DNA of 64,000 nt from an uncultured Verrucomicrobiae bacterium (lineage in GTDB: Bacteria; Verrucomicrobiota; Verrucomicrobiia; Opitutales; JABDGR01). Where the stretch lies: the NCBI GenBank assembly GCA_963765205.1, contig CAVXVB010000004.1:192001-256000 (forward strand), given 5' to 3'. A program made the translations under genes and the position numbers. A model generated the notes under the pieces. The model was not told the origin of the DNA. It did not search any database and saw only the letters and a list, made by a program, of their open reading frames with translations. This document shows, in pieces, positions 47,952 through 56,884 of the stretch; position 1 is the first letter of the stretch; the number at the start of each line of letters is the position of its first letter.

Positions 47952-49301
47952 GTGTCCAAACCTGCCCGGATCGCCGAACTCGCCGCCGTGTTTCTCAAGC
48001 TCGGCTGCATTTCCTTTGGCGGGGCGATGGCGCACTTTGGTTATTTTCACGAGGAATTTGTGCGGCGGCGCAAGTGGCTCGACGAGGCGCATTACTCCGA
48101 CCTGGTCGCACTGTGCAATTTTCTGCCGGGGCCGGCCAGCAGCCAGACGGTGTTCGCCATCGGCATGGAGCGCGCGGGCCTGGCGGGGGCGCTGACGGCG
48201 TCCGTGGCTTTTTTGCTGCCGTCGGCGGCACTGATGATTTTGTTCGGCTACGGCTTCTCCGCGTTCAATGGTCCGGCGATGGTCGGGTGCCTGCACGGGT
48301 TGAAAATCGCGGCGGCGGCGGTCGTGGCCCAGGCGGTGTGGAACATGGCGCGGCGGCTGTGCCCGGATTTCCCGCGCGCGTTGCTGGCGCTCGCGGCGGC
48401 GGCGTTCGTGTTCGAGGTGTCCGGCGCGTATGGGCAAATCGGGGCAATCGTAGTCGGGCTGGCGGTGGGGTTCTTTTTCTTCAAAGTTTCGAGTTTCGGG
48501 TTTCGGGTTTCGAGTACAAGGCCCGACGAGGACGCCTCACTGAAAACCAATTCCACCATGTCTGACTTCCCCAACCCAACCGCCATGACGCTAAGTTCGT
48601 CTCCCGAAATGCAAAACCCGCCATTGAATCTTCCCAACTCGAAACTCGAAACTCGAAACTCGAAACTGAATATTCCCAACCCAAAACTAAAAAAATCCCA
48701 TTACTGCGCCGCCGCCGCGTTGGTCGTTTACGCGGTGTTGCTGTTCATTTTGCCGGTGCTGGCGGCGGCGTCGGGTGCGCGGAGCGCGAAAGTTTTTGCC
48801 GGCTTCTACCGGGTGGGCGCGCTGGTATTTGGCGGCGGCCAGGTCTTGATGCCGCTGTTGCGTGCGGAGGTGGTGCCGCCGGGCTGGATTGGCGACGGGC
48901 CGTTTCTCGCCGGGTATGGTGCGGTGCAGGCGATGCCCGGGCCGCTGTTTTCCTTTTCGGCATATGTGGGGACAGTGATCTTCGCGGGGCCGCGGGCGTG
49001 GCTCGGCGGGCTGCTGTGTCTGGCGGCGATTTATCTGGCCGCCTGGCTGGTCATCGGCGGCGCCCTGCCCTTCTGGCATACACTGCGCGGGCAAAGCTGG
49101 GCGCAAGGGGCGTTGCGCGGGGCGAACGCGGCGGTCGTCGGCATTTTGCTCGCGGCGCTCATCAACCCGATCGGCGTCGAGGCCATCGGAAACTGGCGGG
49201 ATCTGGCCGCCGCGCTCGCGGCATTGTTGCTGCTGGAAAAATTTCGCGCGCCGCCGTGGGCGATCGTGCTGGCCGCGGCAGCCTTGGGCGAGTTCATTTA
49301 A
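47952..49301 (+). CDS. chrA: chromate efflux transporter (long-chain CHR)
   Basis: FLKLGCISFGG, LPGPASSQ, GALVFGGG, QAMPGPLFSF; start could be 47883. Confidence 0.92.
   Translation: MSKPARIAELAAVFLKLGCISFGGAMAHFGYFHEEFVRRRKWLDEAHYSDLVALCNFLPGPASSQTVFAIGMERAGLAGALTASVAFLLPSAALMILFGYGFSAFNGPAMVGCLHGLKIAAAAVVAQAVWNMARRLCPDFPRALLALAAAAFVFEVSGAYGQIGAIVVGLAVGFFFFKVSSFGFRVSSTRPDEDASLKTNSTMSDFPNPTAMTLSSSPEMQNPPLNLPNSKLETRNSKLNIPNPKLKKSHYCAAAALVVYAVLLFILPVLAAASGARSAKVFAGFYRVGALVFGGGQVLMPLLRAEVVPPGWIGDGPFLAGYGAVQAMPGPLFSFSAYVGTVIFAGPRAWLGGLLCLAAIYLAAWLVIGGALPFWHTLRGQSWAQGALRGANAAVVGILLAALINPIGVEAIGNWRDLAAALAALLLLEKFRAPPWAIVLAAAALGEFI
48485..48667. repeat. inverted (AGTTTCG)n/(CGAAACT)n element inside chrA, in frame
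   Basis: Arms 48485-48515 and 48636-48667; 183 bp = 61 codons. Confidence 0.85.
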
Positions 49302-49350
49302 GCGGAGCGGCGACTGAGGCCACTGAGACGATTGAGGGGCAAAGACAGTA

Positions 49351-50205
49351 GAGGCTGTCCGAAAAGTCTGCTTTGGTCAAGTGATGGGCAGATGAGGTAG
49401 TGCGATCATGAGGCAGCCGAGCGTGGCAAAAGCGCAGAAGAGCGAAGCGTGTTTTTCCCAGCGGGTGAGCAAACGACGGTGATAGCCCAGCCAGGCGATG
49501 GTGCGTTCGACTCTCCAGCGGCGGCGGTAGCGGCGCCGCGGTCGTCCGTCCTGGGTGACGTTTTCGGGCCGGCGGTTTTTGCGGTGCGGGGCGATCATTT
49601 CGATGCCCAGTTCGGCGAGGGTTTCGTCCAGTTCATCCACGTCGTAAGCCTTGTCGCCGATGAGGCGTTGCGGCTGGGCCTCGGGCTGGCCCAAGTCGAG
49701 CGTTTGCTGCACCATGTCGTGTTCGGGAACGCCAGAGGCGTCCACCGACAGCGCCAGCGGAATGCCTTGCCCATCAACGACTAACTGCACCTTCGTGCCC
49801 TTGCCCTTGGGCGACAGCCCCACGGCGTCACCACCGCCCTTGGCCGCCGCAAAGGTGGCGTCCACGAAGCATTCTTCCACATCGATGCGCCCAACCTCAA
49901 TCAAGTGCCGGATAACTTGGGCGAACAGCATGCGGAAGGCCCGCGACTGGCTCCACTGTTGCAGGTAGTCATGCACGGTGGACTTGGGGGGAAAGCTGCG
50001 TGGCAGCAGCTTCCACGGCATGCCCGTGTGCAGCATGAACAGGATGGCTTCGAACACCTCCCGCTCGTTGGCCCGGGGCCGCCCAAACACGCTGCGCTTG
50101 GGCCGTTGCAACACAGGACTTATAATCTCCCATTGTTTGTCAGTTATAAACATCCCACTCCGAAAGCACCTTCCATGCCGACTGGCCTACTTTTCGGACA
50201 GCCTC
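49351..50205 (-). mobile_element. IS5-family insertion sequence, 855 bp
   Basis: 17-bp perfect terminal inverted repeats GAGGCTGTCCGAAAAGT (49351-49367, 50189-50205) flanked by TA on both sides. Confidence 0.93.
49377..50153 (-). CDS. IS5-family DDE transposase
   Basis: TDKQWEII, GRPR, TGMPWKLLP, VDAT, GDKAYD, YRRRWRVERTIAWL. Confidence 0.94.
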   Translation of the reverse strand: MFITDKQWEIISPVLQRPKRSVFGRPRANEREVFEAILFMLHTGMPWKLLPRSFPPKSTVHDYLQQWSQSRAFRMLFAQVIRHLIEVGRIDVEECFVDATFAAAKGGGDAVGLSPKGKGTKVQLVVDGQGIPLALSVDASGVPEHDMVQQTLDLGQPEAQPQRLIGDKAYDVDELDETLAELGIEMIAPHRKNRRPENVTQDGRPRRRYRRRWRVERTIAWLGYHRRLLTRWEKHASLFCAFATLGCLMIALPHLPIT

Positions 50206-50211
50206 TAAGGA

Positions 50212-50312
50212 AATTCGGCGTGCGGAGCGCGGAATGCGGAATTCAAAGTTTCCGATCTTATGTTCGACTTCCTTGCTCCTAATTCCGCACTCCGTATTCC
50301 GCGCTCCGCATT
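50212..50312. repeat. inverted 7-mer arms (TGCGGAA/TTCCGCA)
   Basis: cgtgcggagcgcggaatgcggaatt versus aattccgcactccgtattccgcgctccgca; related pair at about 58158-58262. Confidence 0.8.
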
Positions 50313-50380
50313 TCACTTCCCTCGCCTTCTGCTTTGCTTCTTGGGGCAAAACTCTATAGAGCAATGGTTGTTCGTCCCCC

Positions 50381-51642
50381 ATGCCTCCACCCACTTCGCT
50401 ATCGTTTTCCACGGACGAGCTGACGCGCTATTCGCGCCAGCTTGCGCTGCCGGGCGTGGGCCTTGAGGGACAGTCGAAGTTGCGCGACGCGCGCGTGCTG
50501 CTCATCGGGCTGGGCGGGCTGGGCAGCCCGGTCGCACTCTACCTCGCCGCCGCGGGGGTGGGCACGCTCGGCCTCGCGGAGATGGACCGCCTCGAGGTCC
50601 ACAATCTCCACCGCCAGATTCTGCACGACACGCCCTGGGTCGGCATCTCGAAACTGGCCAGCGCCTACGCGCACCTGTCGAACCTCAACCCGGCGGTCGC
50701 GCTACGCGAGCATCCCGACGGCCTCACGCCGGCCAATGCCCGCGCGCTTTTTTCCTACTACGACCTCATTGTTGACGGCGCAGATAATTTTCCCGCCCGC
50801 TACCTGGCCAGCGATGCGGCCGCGCGCGTGGGCCGACCGCTCGTGCATGGGAGCATCTTTCAGTTCGAGGGCCAGGTGTCGGTGTTCGACCCGGCTCGCG
50901 GCGCGCCGTGCTACCGCTGCCTCTTTCCGAACATGCCCGCAGCCGGCGAAGTGCCCAATTGCGCGGAAGCCGGCGTATTTGGGGCGCTCTGCGGCGTCAT
51001 TGGCAGCGCGATGGCCATGGAGGCGCTGAAAATCATCCTCGGCCTCGGCGAGCCGCTACGCGGCCGGCTGTTCGTCTTTGACGCGCTCAGCGCAACCGCG
51101 CGCAATGTGCAAATCAAGCGCGACCCGCAATGTCCTTGCTGCGGTCCGCAGCCGGATGCGCGCATCGCCGCACTCGACCCGGAACTTTACGTCGGCGGCT
51201 GCGCCATCAAAGAGGAGCCGCACCGCCGCTCCGCGAACACCAACGAACGCTTTCTACGCGACCTAAACGCGTTGCATGGCGACAAAAATAATATGGCCAC
51301 CCCATTGCCGGACCGGAAAATCCCCCGCTCGAGGTGGACGTGCGCCAGGCGCACGCCTGGCTCAATTCCAAAACCCCGCCCGTCGTGCTGGACGTGCGCG
51401 AGCCGTTTGAAGTCGCGCTGTGCCGCCTACCCGGCAGCCTCGCCATCCCGCTCGCCCAAGTGCCGGACCAGCTTGAGGCCCTGCCGCGCGACCGGCCCAT
51501 CCTCGTCCACTGCCACCATGGCGGGCGGAGCCTGCAAGCGGTGCTCCTCCTGCGGGCCAAAGGCTTTCCGCGCACGACGAACCTGCGCGGCGGCATCGAA
51601 GAATGGGCGGAAACCTATGACCCGAACATGCCGCGCTATTAA
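50381..51642 (+). pseudogene. moeB: MoeB/ThiF adenylyltransferase plus rhodanese (MoeZ-like), split by a frameshift near 51313
   Basis: RYSRQ, GLGGLGS, DGADNF, CYRC, CAEAGV, CPCC in one frame; LDVREP..CHHGGRS..NLRGGI rhodanese in another frame open only from 51292. Confidence 0.75.
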
Positions 51643-51788
51643 AACCACGCGCAGCCTGGGTTTCGAAATGCGTAGCGGAGTTTTGCCTTGGATTGCGTTG
51701 TCTAATTTGAAGACCATACCAGCATTTTTTTGTTCGATTTGAGGATTGGGCGGGGTCTTGATGAGAGTGAACTGTTCCGAGCAACCCG

Positions 51789-53876
51789 ATGAGCTTACGC
51801 CGCATATTTATTGCCGTTTTCATGGTTTGGCTGGGCATCATGGTGTGCGGCATTCTGCTGTCGCCTTCCAGCGTCCTTTTCTCACATGAATTTGGCCGTG
51901 AACGGCTGGCCGAAGTGTCGGGCTATTTGGACCGGTTGGTGGATTATACTTTTTATACCCTGGAGACTTTTCTGCTGGCCGTAGTCGTGGCCGGGTTTCT
52001 CCATCGGCACAAGCGAAAGCTGCCGCGGGTGGTGGTGGCGCGCGCGGCCGTCAATGAAACCGTGGTGCGGCTGGCCTTGGACACGGGGGCGTTCATCACC
52101 CTGTTAACCAACCGGACCGCGCGGCGCCTGGGCTTGAAAACCACGCGGCTGGGCCATGTGAAGGTGAATTTCGCACGCGGGTTGTTGCGCGCCACAGAGG
52201 GGCCCGTGCGGCTGGGACTCGGGTCGCAGACCATGGTGACGCCAGCGCCTGTGCTCAACCTCCCGCCTTTTGCGCTGATGCAGGGTTACGACGGGCTGGT
52301 CGGCTGGCCGGAAGTCCGGGACAACATTCTGGTCTTCGATTCCGCCCAACACCGAGTTTACACCGTGGCCGAACTGCCGCCGGAAACCGCCGACTGGCTG
52401 AAATTAAAAATCCATCCCGCGAGCCAGCTCATTTTGGAAATCCCGCTGATGGACGGTGAAACAGGAACGCTGTTGGTGGACACGGGCGCGCCCCACGGTG
52501 TTTCCCTGCCGCCGCAGTGCTGGCTGGCCTGGCGCGCGGCGCATCCGAGGGCACCGCAAACGAATCCCTGGCTGGCGATGTTGACGATGACTTATATGCC
52601 GGGCATGGGCGTGAGAGACAATGTCGAGGCGTGGGCGGAGGAAATTAATCTCGGTCCGTTGGCGTTGACGGACGTGCCACTGCGCGCGGCGAACGCCGCG
52701 GAACTTGGCCGCCGCGTCCATCCTGCTGGTTCGCTCGGCCTGTATGCACTCGAACGGATGGATTTAATTGTGGACGGCAAAAATGGCTTCGCTTACGTGC
52801 GGCCCAAGCCCCCGCCCGGCCCGCCCTACCCTGCCATCAAGCGCGCGGGTGTGACGAATGACGCCGCCAGGCGGGGCGATTGGACGCTCGCTGAAAACGT
52901 CGCGGTGCACCGCGAGCACCTGCAGGCCTTCGAATGCCTGAACCGCAGCGCCGCCAAGAGAATACTGAAGGACTATGACGGTGCGCTGGCCGACCTCGAC
53001 CAGGCGATTGCCCTCGAACCGCAGGAAGCGAATGGCTACTTGTTCCGCGGCCTGATTAAAATGAAAAAGAACGATTACGCCGGCGCCCTGGCGGATTTTG
53101 ATCACACCCTGGCGCTTGACCCGCGCAATGTCGGCGCCTGCCTCCTGCGCGGCTGGACCAAAATTTTGCAAAGCGACGATGCAGGCGCGGAGGCGGACTT
53201 TATTCATGCGCGCGAAATCGGTGCGGGCAAATTCCACCTTTTTCTGGTGCGCCGGATGTCCCGCCTGGAACGCTGGAGCAAGCGCCGGAAGGAGATCCGC
53301 GACGACCGTGCAAAAAAGAGCGGGGTGGAAGCGGGAGCAGCTTCGACCACCGACCAGCCCACGACCGGCGGCCTGGATGGGGCGATTATTCCCTTTTTGC
53401 TGGTTTCGTCCGCTGGCGGCGGATTGCTCTGGCTGCTGCAATCCTGGCTCGGATCCCATTTCGGCTTTGGTCTTGTGGTGGCGGCCATGGTGATCCTGTT
53501 TCCGGCGATGAGATGGATGGTGAAGCGCTACCTGTCCCCTTGCGTGGAGAATACGGGTGATGCGGGCGGCGGACGCACGCCCTTGCGGCTCGTCCGCGAA
53601 TGGACATCCGACATGTTTCTATGGAATGTCCTCTTGATCCAAGGGCTGAGCAATTTCACTCTGAACGGGCCGCAGCGGGTGTTTTGGTTCTGCGCGACCG
53701 GCTTTGCCATGACCTCGGTCTGGTATGTCGTGCTGCAGCGGCTGGCGCGGCCGCCGCCGATTCGCTTGCTAAAAAAATATCCCTTGATCGTCTTGGCCCT
53801 GCTCGGCTTTGTGGCGCTGTTGGCCTGGGTGGCGGTGCTGTATTTTTCCCTCTCCGGCCAATTGATCGACGATTAA
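51789..53876 (+). CDS. membrane protein with tandem retropepsin-like aspartyl protease domains and TPR repeats
   Basis: LDTGA and VDTGA motifs; DYDGALADLDQAIAL and DYAGALADFDHTLAL TPRs; TM segments at both ends. Confidence 0.8.
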   Translation: MSLRRIFIAVFMVWLGIMVCGILLSPSSVLFSHEFGRERLAEVSGYLDRLVDYTFYTLETFLLAVVVAGFLHRHKRKLPRVVVARAAVNETVVRLALDTGAFITLLTNRTARRLGLKTTRLGHVKVNFARGLLRATEGPVRLGLGSQTMVTPAPVLNLPPFALMQGYDGLVGWPEVRDNILVFDSAQHRVYTVAELPPETADWLKLKIHPASQLILEIPLMDGETGTLLVDTGAPHGVSLPPQCWLAWRAAHPRAPQTNPWLAMLTMTYMPGMGVRDNVEAWAEEINLGPLALTDVPLRAANAAELGRRVHPAGSLGLYALERMDLIVDGKNGFAYVRPKPPPGPPYPAIKRAGVTNDAARRGDWTLAENVAVHREHLQAFECLNRSAAKRILKDYDGALADLDQAIALEPQEANGYLFRGLIKMKKNDYAGALADFDHTLALDPRNVGACLLRGWTKILQSDDAGAEADFIHAREIGAGKFHLFLVRRMSRLERWSKRRKEIRDDRAKKSGVEAGAASTTDQPTTGGLDGAIIPFLLVSSAGGGLLWLLQSWLGSHFGFGLVVAAMVILFPAMRWMVKRYLSPCVENTGDAGGGRTPLRLVREWTSDMFLWNVLLIQGLSNFTLNGPQRVFWFCATGFAMTSVWYVVLQRLARPPPIRLLKKYPLIVLALLGFVALLAWVAVLYFSLSGQLIDD

Positions 53877-53879
53877 TCG

Positions 53880-54527
53880 CTAAATTTTATCCACAATCGA
53901 GTCGGCAAGGCCGTATTCGATGGCTTCCTGGGCATTAAGGTAGAAGTCGCGGTCGGAGTCACGCCGGATTTTTTCGAGCGGCTGGCCGGAGGCGGTGGCG
54001 AGGATTTTATTCAATTCCTCGCGGATTTTTTCCATTTCCTGCGCCTGGATGTTGATGTCCACGGCGGGCGCGACGATGCGGCCCATGATGAGAGGCTGGT
54101 GGATGAGGACGCGCGCATGGGGGTAAAGCAGGCGGCGGCCTTTGGGCGCGGCGCACAGGAGAATCGAGCCCATGCTGGCGGCCATGCCCGTGACCACAAC
54201 CGTGATGGGCGCGGTGATGAGCTTCATCGTGTCGTAGAGGGCCATGCCGGCGGTAATGGAGCCGCCGGGGCTGTTGAGGTAGAAGGTGATGTCCTTGCCG
54301 GGTGCGTCGGCTTCCAAGTAGAGAAGTTTTTCGGTGACCTCGCGGCAGGAGCGGTCGCTCACTTCGCCCCAGAGCATGATTTTGCGCTGTTCGAGGAACT
54401 TGCGCTGGATCATCGCGCCGAGCGGCGCGGCCTTGCCTTCGCCCTCGGGCTGGCGCGGCGCAGTGGCAGGCGACTCGGTCTCGTCGTCATCATCGTCCAG
54501 GCGGACGGGGAAATTGTGGGCGTGCAT
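53880..54527 (-). CDS. clpP: ATP-dependent Clp protease proteolytic subunit
   Basis: NSPGGSITAG, GMAASMGS, IHQP, DRDFYL, YGLAD. Confidence 0.96.
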   Translation of the reverse strand: MHAHNFPVRLDDDDDETESPATAPRQPEGEGKAAPLGAMIQRKFLEQRKIMLWGEVSDRSCREVTEKLLYLEADAPGKDITFYLNSPGGSITAGMALYDTMKLITAPITVVVTGMAASMGSILLCAAPKGRRLLYPHARVLIHQPLIMGRIVAPAVDINIQAQEMEKIREELNKILATASGQPLEKIRRDSDRDFYLNAQEAIEYGLADSIVDKI

Positions 54528-54695
54528 GGCGGGCAGCGTGTAGCGAACAAGGGCGGGTTGGCAATCTCAAAGGGCGCCCCACTTCGCCAAGGCTTCGTGG
54601 GGCAAGGAGTTTTTTACCACAGATGGCACGGATAAAGAAAAACAAAAATCCCTCCGTGGTATCCTTGTCATCCGTGGTAAATCTTTTCCAGCGGC

Positions 54696-55583
54696 CTAAT
54701 ACCGGCGCGGAATGCCGAAGTAGCTGAGCAGCCACGCTTCTTTCCAGACGCGGTAGCGGCCTTCCCAAGTGAGGATGCCGTGTTCTTCGTGCTGGCTGCG
54801 GGGGAAGAGGATGCCACGCTCGGTGTTCGCGCGTTCGAGGGCTTGCTGCTGCTGGTTGAGTTCGGCGATGGGTTCGTCGGTCATGGGCTGGAGCAATTCC
54901 GGGCGGCTAGCGAGGCGGCGCAGGTGGCGGCACATGAGGGCCTCTGGCGAGCGCAGCCAGGGATGGCGCTCGACCTCCCAACTGGCGGGATAAAAGCCGC
55001 CAAAGGGAAGATAGACAAAGGGCAGATAAACATTGTCGGTCACCAAGCGTACGCCGCTTTGCGTGAGGGAGGTAAAGACGGCGCAGAGGGTGACGTTGCC
55101 GGTGGGTTGCGGGTTGAAGAGCAGTTGCAGGCGTATGCGGGAGTCGGCGTCGTTGTAAACGCTGACCCGCAGGGGCGGGCCATCGGGCCGTTCGGCTTTG
55201 AGGGACTGGACGAGCTGGAATTTTTCCTCGCGCAGCCAGTTGCGCAGGACGATAAAGCGGCGTTGGTTAGGCCAGCCGTCGGCGGCGTGGTTTACCATGA
55301 AGCGGGGGAACAGCGGGGTCTCCGCGTGGCTCAGGGCGCCGATGGCGAGCCAGCTATACATGGTCTCGAGCAAGGGCCAGAGGACAAAGCCGGTGGCGAG
55401 CCAGAGCCAGGCCGGGTGGTCGCTCTCGAGATAAACGGCGGCGTTGGCCAGGAAAAAAGCAAAGAGCGCCCAGCGCACCCAGTTGCTCAGGATCGCCACG
55501 ACGGGCGAAGCCAGCGAGAATTGCGCATAGGCGAGGGCGGCGGACCCGACCAGCAGACCGCAAAAAATTGCGAACAAAGACAT
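54696..55583 (-). CDS. hypothetical membrane protein
   Basis: Three N-terminal TM helices plus a soluble domain. Confidence 0.75.
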   Translation of the reverse strand: MSLFAIFCGLLVGSAALAYAQFSLASPVVAILSNWVRWALFAFFLANAAVYLESDHPAWLWLATGFVLWPLLETMYSWLAIGALSHAETPLFPRFMVNHAADGWPNQRRFIVLRNWLREEKFQLVQSLKAERPDGPPLRVSVYNDADSRIRLQLLFNPQPTGNVTLCAVFTSLTQSGVRLVTDNVYLPFVYLPFGGFYPASWEVERHPWLRSPEALMCRHLRRLASRPELLQPMTDEPIAELNQQQQALERANTERGILFPRSQHEEHGILTWEGRYRVWKEAWLLSYFGIPRRY

Positions 55584-55891
55584 GGAGACTGCTAAGGTTG
55601 GCGTGGAGCGCGAAGAATTCCAAGCTCTTTTCCAAGCCCTCCCAACAGGTGGAAACAGCTACAAGCTGGCTTGGCGCGCCGCAGCCCGGCGGCACAATTG
55701 TGATTTCCTCGCAACACATTCGTGACAATGCCGCGGCAAACAGGTCATTACCTTGGATTACTCACTGGTTTTCAATGACTTATTCAGGATTTCCCATCGC
55801 TTGCGTCATCTGGTATAATGCGTGCGTTCCGCGGGTATTGTGACGGAGGCCGTTTCCCGGCGCCGTCACCCCGCGCGCGGATCGCTCACCG

Positions 55892-56596
55892 ATGAAAAAC
55901 TCTCCCGCCAAAAAAATTCTCGTTGTGGATGACGAACACGACGTGACCGAATTGCTCGCGTATAAATTCAAACAGGAAAACTACGAAGTACAGGTCATCA
56001 ACGACCCATTGCTGATCATGGGCCGCGCACGCCAGTTCCAGCCGGATTTGGTCATCCTCGATATTATGATGCCGGAGTTGAACGGCCTCCAAGTGTGCCG
56101 GATGTTGCGCGCGGACGCGGTGATGAAAACCATTCCCATCATATTCCTAACAGCGCGCGGCGAGGCCGAAGACCGGGTCAAGGGCTTCGAGACCGGGGCG
56201 GACGATTACCTAGCCAAGCCGTTCGACACGCGCGAGCTGCTCCTGCGCGTGCAGGCGATTTTCAAGCGCGTGGCCCCGCCCAATGGCGCGGCGCCCGCTG
56301 AAAAAGTCTTCACCCTCGGCAAAATCGCGATTGATGTCGAGAAGCACCAGCTCACCGTGCGCGGGCAGGAGGTCGAGCTGACGGCGACGGAATTCCGCCT
56401 GCTGCGGCTGCTGGTCGAGCGCAAGGGGCGCGTGCAAAGCCGCGAACACCTGCTCGTCAACGTCTGGAACTACGAAGCCGACATCGAGACGCGGACCGTG
56501 GACACCCACATCCGCCGCTTGCGCGAGAAGCTCGGCACCGAGGCCGATTTAATCGAGACAGTGCGCGGCGTCGGCTACCGGGCGGTGGACGCCTAG
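55892..56596 (+). CDS. PhoB/PhoP-like response regulator
   Basis: VVDDE, LDIMMP, GADDY, LTATEFRLL, SREHLL, TRTVDTHIRRLREKLG. Confidence 0.93.
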   Translation: MKNSPAKKILVVDDEHDVTELLAYKFKQENYEVQVINDPLLIMGRARQFQPDLVILDIMMPELNGLQVCRMLRADAVMKTIPIIFLTARGEAEDRVKGFETGADDYLAKPFDTRELLLRVQAIFKRVAPPNGAAPAEKVFTLGKIAIDVEKHQLTVRGQEVELTATEFRLLRLLVERKGRVQSREHLLVNVWNYEADIETRTVDTHIRRLREKLGTEADLIETVRGVGYRAVDA

Positions 56597-56882
56597 AACA
56601 TCGAACGCCCAACATCCAACATTCAACATCGAAGGCCAAGCCGCACCAGCCGTTCCTCCATTTAATCCCCTCCGGGTTCAATTCCCGCAGCTTGCTGCGT
56701 TGGTGACATGGTTTGGGATTTGGGTTTGGGATTACAGGGATTGGATCAAAATGCCCCGGAACTTGCACCGGAGTTCTTTACTGACCAAGGCGCGGGACCA
56801 AAATTTGGCGGTCGCATTTTTTTGCAACCGGCCTGTCGTTTTTGATTGGATGTTGGGCGTTGGATGTTCGATGTTGGAAGTT
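56597..56882. repeat. inverted 7-mer arms (AACATCC/AACATCG) enclosing palindromes
   Basis: aacatcgaacgcccaacatccaacattcaacatcgaa versus ttggatgttgggcgttggatgttcgatgttggaagtt; related pairs at about 62145-62236 and 63285-63372. Confidence 0.82.
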
Positions 56883-56884
56883 GT

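Noticed and set aside
54577..54603. REP-like imperfect palindrome cccacttcgccaaggcttcgtgggg
   Set aside because: Single copy in the window, so repeat status cannot be shown.
55700..55735. Possible Pho box (TGTCA-N6-TGTTG on the minus strand)
   Set aside because: Only two weak half-sites and no phosphate-uptake genes nearby, so it cannot be supported by eye.
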